From: Candidatus Fraserbacteria bacterium
GTDB lineage: Bacteria; Bipolaricaulota; Bipolaricaulia; RBG-16-55-9
NCBI GenBank assembly: GCA_037443265.1
Contig: JBBIOR010000005.1
Span: 1-18,374, forward strand
Direction: 5' to 3'
Length of the DNA stretch: 18,374 nucleotides
The first letter of the stretch is position 1, and each line of letters starts with the position of its first letter. The notes beneath the pieces were generated by a model that saw only the letters and a program-made list of their open reading frames with translations, searched no databases and was not told the origin of the DNA. Shown in pieces: positions 15,569 to 18,374 of the stretch. The position numbers and the translations under genes were made by a program.

Positions 15569-15596
15569 TCGAAAGCCTGATCTGCCCCGGTATAAT
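15569..15596 (+). promoter_or_regulatory. Candidate htrA promoter
   Basis: TATAAT at 15591-15596; weak -35 TCGAAA at 16-nt spacing. Confidence 0.4.
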
Positions 15597-15676
15597 GGGG
15601 CCGACCAGGGTGGTCCCGGAAAGAGCCCTGAATGAAACTGGCGAATCCTAGAGGAACCCAAGGGAGGTTGTCCAGC

Positions 15677-17263
15677 ATGAAGAAATGGATGGTTCTGGCA
15701 GCGCTGGCACTGGTGGTCTTAGCCACCGGCTTGATCACGAACTTCTCACCTCCACCCCCAGAGAGTTCAGCCCCACAAGTTCAAGGGCAGCAGCAAGAGA
15801 CGCTTGCATCACAAGCGCCCCAATTTGTGACCGTCCAAGCCCCGGCTCCCACGCTGGAATCAGAGTCGCAGACGAAGCCAGCTGAGACCTGGCTGAACTC
15901 CCTCACCAAGGAAGAGCTGCAGAGTCTGATCACAGCCGCTGGGCAGGACGCCATCAAGACGGCCATCCGCCGCGTGGCCCCCTCGGTCGTCCGTGTGGAA
16001 CTGGTAGCAAACCGCCGAAGTCCTTTCCCCTTCGAGGATTTCTTCAATGACCCCTTCTTCCGAGACTTCTTCAATATCCCTCCTCCTCAGGGGAACCAGA
16101 GGCAATCCTCGATGGGCTCCGGCTTCTTCATCGAATACGGGGGCCAGAAGTACGTGCTGACGAACCAGCACGTGGTCGAGGGAGCCATTAGCATTCAGGT
16201 CGTCCCACCGGATCATGGCCCGATGAAAGCCGAGATTGTGGGCATGGATGCCCAGCTCGATCTGGCCGTCCTCCGGGTAGCGGGCCGAGGAGCCGAAGAT
16301 ATACCCGTTGTGGAGCTGGGCGACTCCGATCAAGTAGAAGTGGGCGATTGGGTGGTGGCCATCGGCAATCCCTACGGCTTGGGATACACGGTGACCGCCG
16401 GCATCATCAGCTATCTCCATCGGAATATTCCCAGACCCGATGGGCAAGGTGCCTTTCGAGATATGATTCAGACGGATGCGGCGATTAACCCCGGCAACTC
16501 TGGAGGCCCGCTGGTGGATGCCCAGGGCCGCGTGATTGGCATCAACACGGCCATCGTGGCTAACGCCGTAGGCTTGGGGTTCGCCACTCCGATCAACAGC
16601 GTCAAGCGCGTGCTGGCTCAGCTGATCACCCAAGGGAGCGTAAAGCGCGCCTGGCTGGGGATTTACATTGATGACCTCACCCCGGAGAAGGCCCAATATT
16701 TTGGGGTTGCTCCCTTCAGCGGAGTCCTGGTCACGGATATTATCGCGGGCGGCCCCTCGCAGGGGAAGCTCCAGCTCGATGATATCATTCTGAGCGTCAA
16801 CGGCCAGGCCGTCTCTCGGGTGAGGGAGCTGCAGGATGCCATTCAATATCGCGCGGTCGGGGAAGTGGTGCGCCTGGAGGTCCTGCGCGCGGGTGAGAAG
16901 ATCCTGGTGGAGGTCCAGCTGGGCGAGCGGCCCGCCGAGGTGGCCTCGGTGCAGCCCGAGCCGGCTCAGGCCCAGGCCAAGGCCGCCTTGGGGCTGACCG
17001 TCCGGGCGAATTCCGAGGAGCTGGCCAAGCAATTGGGCCTAGCGACCAGCGAAGGCGTGATCATCGCTCAAGTCGAGCCCGGCAGTCCCGCCGCGCTGGC
17101 CAGCCTCCAGCCGGGCGAGGTCATCATCGCCCTCAACAACAAGCCCATCCGCACCGTGCAAGACTGGAACGAGGCCGTCAGTCAACTCAAGAAGGGCTCT
17201 TTGGTGGCGCTGCGCGTGCTGAGCGGAAACATAAGACGACTCGTCATTCTCTCGAACAACTGA
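15677..17263 (+). CDS. htrA: HtrA/DegP/DegQ serine protease with two PDZ domains
   Basis: Signal/anchor MKKWMVLAALALVVLA after a GGGAGG RBS; triad TNQH, DLAVL, QTDAAINPGNSGG; two PDZ domains (WLGI..., LGLTV...). Confidence 0.95.
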   Translation: MKKWMVLAALALVVLATGLITNFSPPPPESSAPQVQGQQQETLASQAPQFVTVQAPAPTLESESQTKPAETWLNSLTKEELQSLITAAGQDAIKTAIRRVAPSVVRVELVANRRSPFPFEDFFNDPFFRDFFNIPPPQGNQRQSSMGSGFFIEYGGQKYVLTNQHVVEGAISIQVVPPDHGPMKAEIVGMDAQLDLAVLRVAGRGAEDIPVVELGDSDQVEVGDWVVAIGNPYGLGYTVTAGIISYLHRNIPRPDGQGAFRDMIQTDAAINPGNSGGPLVDAQGRVIGINTAIVANAVGLGFATPINSVKRVLAQLITQGSVKRAWLGIYIDDLTPEKAQYFGVAPFSGVLVTDIIAGGPSQGKLQLDDIILSVNGQAVSRVRELQDAIQYRAVGEVVRLEVLRAGEKILVEVQLGERPAEVASVQPEPAQAQAKAALGLTVRANSEELAKQLGLATSEGVIIAQVEPGSPAALASLQPGEVIIALNNKPIRTVQDWNEAVSQLKKGSLVALRVLSGNIRRLVILSNN

Positions 17264-17268
17264 GCAGG

Positions 17269-17297
17269 TTGCAGTAAGAGAGCCTCGAGGCTAAAAT
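17269..17297 (+). promoter_or_regulatory. Promoter for tRNA-Pro(CGG)
   Basis: TTGCAG-N17-TAAAAT. Confidence 0.65.
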
Positions 17298-17316
17298 GCC
17301 TCCGATGCCCCTCAAT

Positions 17317-17390
17317 CGGAGAGTGGCGCAGCTGGCTAGCGCGCAGCGTTCGGGACGCTGAGGTCGCCGGTTCGAATCCGGCCTCTCCGA
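17317..17390 (+). tRNA. tRNA-Pro(CGG), followed by CCC rather than CCA
   Basis: CGGAGAG/CTCTCCG acceptor stem, CAGCG-TTCGGGA-CGCTG anticodon arm, GGTTCGAATCC T-arm. Confidence 0.96.
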
Positions 17391-17396
17391 CCCGCT

Positions 17397-17990
17397 CTAC
17401 AATAAGAGGGCTGCTAGAACTAAAGCCACGAAGGCCAGTCCCAGTCCCAGTACAACCATCCACACTCCGGGGCTTGGAGCTCTACTCTCGGGCTGGGATT
17501 CTGAGAGAATGCGCAAGACTTGATTGATGCACCCTACGATGCCCTTGGAGAACTCTCCCTCGGCGAAGGCTGGCGTGATGATCGTGCGGCTAATCTGCTC
17601 CAGCTGCTGATCCGTCACAAGGGTTTCCAGCCCCCGGTTCGTGATCAAGCGATAGAGGCCGTCATCCACCGCCAGCAAGAAGAGAAACGTCCTTCGATTT
17701 GGGTCCTCCTCGCCTAGATTCCAAGCCTCGCTGATGCGGCGGCCGAACTCGTTGATGGGCAGAGGCTCCGTAGTAAGAACCGTCAGGATGTAGATCTCGA
17801 CTCCGGTCTCCTGCTTCACCCGAGCGAGTAGCTCGTTGAGGTCATTCTCAGTCGCATCGGTGAGCACTTGAGCATAATCTGAGACGTAGTGGATGCGGCT
17901 GGGGAGCTGGAGCTCCCCTGCTCCTGCGGCAGGGTGAGCCAGCCAAAGAAGCAGGACGAGGACGGAAAAGCTAAAGCCGAGAGTGCGCAT
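17397..17990 (-). CDS. TPM-domain (YgcG/TLP18.3-like) membrane-anchored protein
   Basis: AAGGAGG RBS; signal peptide; YVSDYAQVL, WNLG, FLLAVDD, GLET, PAF..G.F..GI; C-terminal TM helix. The ORF-track extension to 18158 is intergenic and antisense-tRNA sequence. Confidence 0.88.
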   Translation of the reverse strand: MRTLGFSFSVLVLLLWLAHPAAGAGELQLPSRIHYVSDYAQVLTDATENDLNELLARVKQETGVEIYILTVLTTEPLPINEFGRRISEAWNLGEEDPNRRTFLFLLAVDDGLYRLITNRGLETLVTDQQLEQISRTIITPAFAEGEFSKGIVGCINQVLRILSESQPESRAPSPGVWMVVLGLGLAFVALVLAALLL

Positions 17991-18010
17991 GGTAATTCCT
18001 CCTTGGCAGG

Positions 18011-18040
18011 AGGGTATCACACCGACGACAGAGGTTTCAA
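18011..18040 (-). promoter_or_regulatory. Candidate promoter for the TPM gene
   Basis: TTGAAA-N18-TACCCT with a TGn extension. Confidence 0.4.
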
Positions 18041-18053
18041 CGGGAGGGAAGCG

Positions 18054-18082
18054 TTGACGGGCGGATCGGGTGGCGCTAGAAT
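18054..18082 (+). promoter_or_regulatory. Promoter of the tRNA cluster
   Basis: TTGACG-N17-TAGAAT, 10 nt before tRNA-Gly. Confidence 0.8.
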
Positions 18083-18092
18083 ATCCCCGCCT

Positions 18093-18163
18093 GCGGATGT
18101 AGCTCAATGGTAGAGCATCGGCCTTCCAAGCCGAAGACGCGGGTTCGATTCCCGTCATCCGCT
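18093..18163 (+). tRNA. tRNA-Gly(TCC), followed by CCC
   Basis: GCGGATG/CATCCGC acceptor stem, T discriminator, TCGGC-CTTCCAA-GCCGA anticodon arm. Confidence 0.97.
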
Positions 18164-18166
18164 CCC

Positions 18167-18239
18167 GCGCCCGTAGCTCAACTGGAAGAGCAGAGGCCTT
18201 CTAAGCCTCAGGCTGCAGGTTCGAGCCCTGCCGGGCGTA
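18167..18239 (+). tRNA. tRNA-Arg(TCT), followed by CCC
   Basis: GCGCCCG/CGGGCGT acceptor stem, GAGGC-CTTCTAA-GCCTC anticodon arm, GGTTCGAGCCC T-arm. Confidence 0.96.
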
Positions 18240-18242
18240 CCC

Positions 18243-18320
18243 GAGGGACGTAGCTCAACCTGGCAGAGCATCGGCCTGTGGAGCCGACTGTTGCGGGTTC
18301 AAATCCCGTCGTCCCTCCCA
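18243..18320 (+). tRNA. tRNA-His(GTG) with encoded G-1, C73 and CCA
   Basis: G-AGGGACG/CGTCCCT-C-CCA; TCGGC-CTGTGGA-GCCGA anticodon arm. Confidence 0.97.
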
Positions 18321-18374
18321 GCGCCCGTAGCTCAATGGGAAGAGCAGCGGCCTTCGGAGCCGCGGGTTGGGGGT
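18321..18374 (+). tRNA. tRNA-Arg(TCG), truncated by the window end
   Basis: GCGCCCGTAGCTCAATGGGAAGAGC D-arm, GCGGC-CTTCGGA-GCCGC anticodon arm, start of T-arm. Confidence 0.88.

Noticed and set aside
15860..17032. 390-aa minus-strand ORF
   Set aside because: Antisense shadow of htrA.
15423..17390. htrA flanked by two tRNA-Pro genes as an integrated island
   Set aside because: They are complete, different isoacceptors in opposite orientation with their own promoters; no integrase or long att duplication.

Overview
A GC-rich bacterial chromosomal window of mostly housekeeping genes. The C-terminal sorting-like domain on the large secreted protein suggests Ca. Bipolaricaulota/Acetothermia (inference only). 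In order: 5'-truncated Sfp-type phosphopantetheinyl transferase (+); a secreted Asp-box/Kelch double beta-propeller protein (-); trxA and an Fe-S assembly operon transcribed sufC-sufB(intein)-sufD-sufU-Rieske ferredoxin-sufS (-); a 32-codon flavoprotein-remnant ORF and gatB (+); class II ribonucleotide reductase nrdJ (-); a UPF0173 metallo-hydrolase directly behind tRNA-Pro(GGG) (-); htrA/degP (+); tRNA-Pro(CGG) (+); a TPM-domain protein (-); and a tRNA cluster Gly-Arg-His-Arg (+) cut by the window end. Most notable: (1) a 355-aa LAGLIDADG intein at the conserved SufB cysteine; (2) two mini-ORFs that begin like FAD-binding Rossmann folds and abut gatB and nrdJ; (3) an IscR/Rrf2-like operator in the same register over the suf and nrdJ promoters; (4) spacerless tRNAs ending in CCC rather than CCA; (5) a Kelch propeller apparently nested in the last blade of a sialidase-like propeller. 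No CRISPR array, transposase or integrase was seen, and I cannot claim a confirmed new system.
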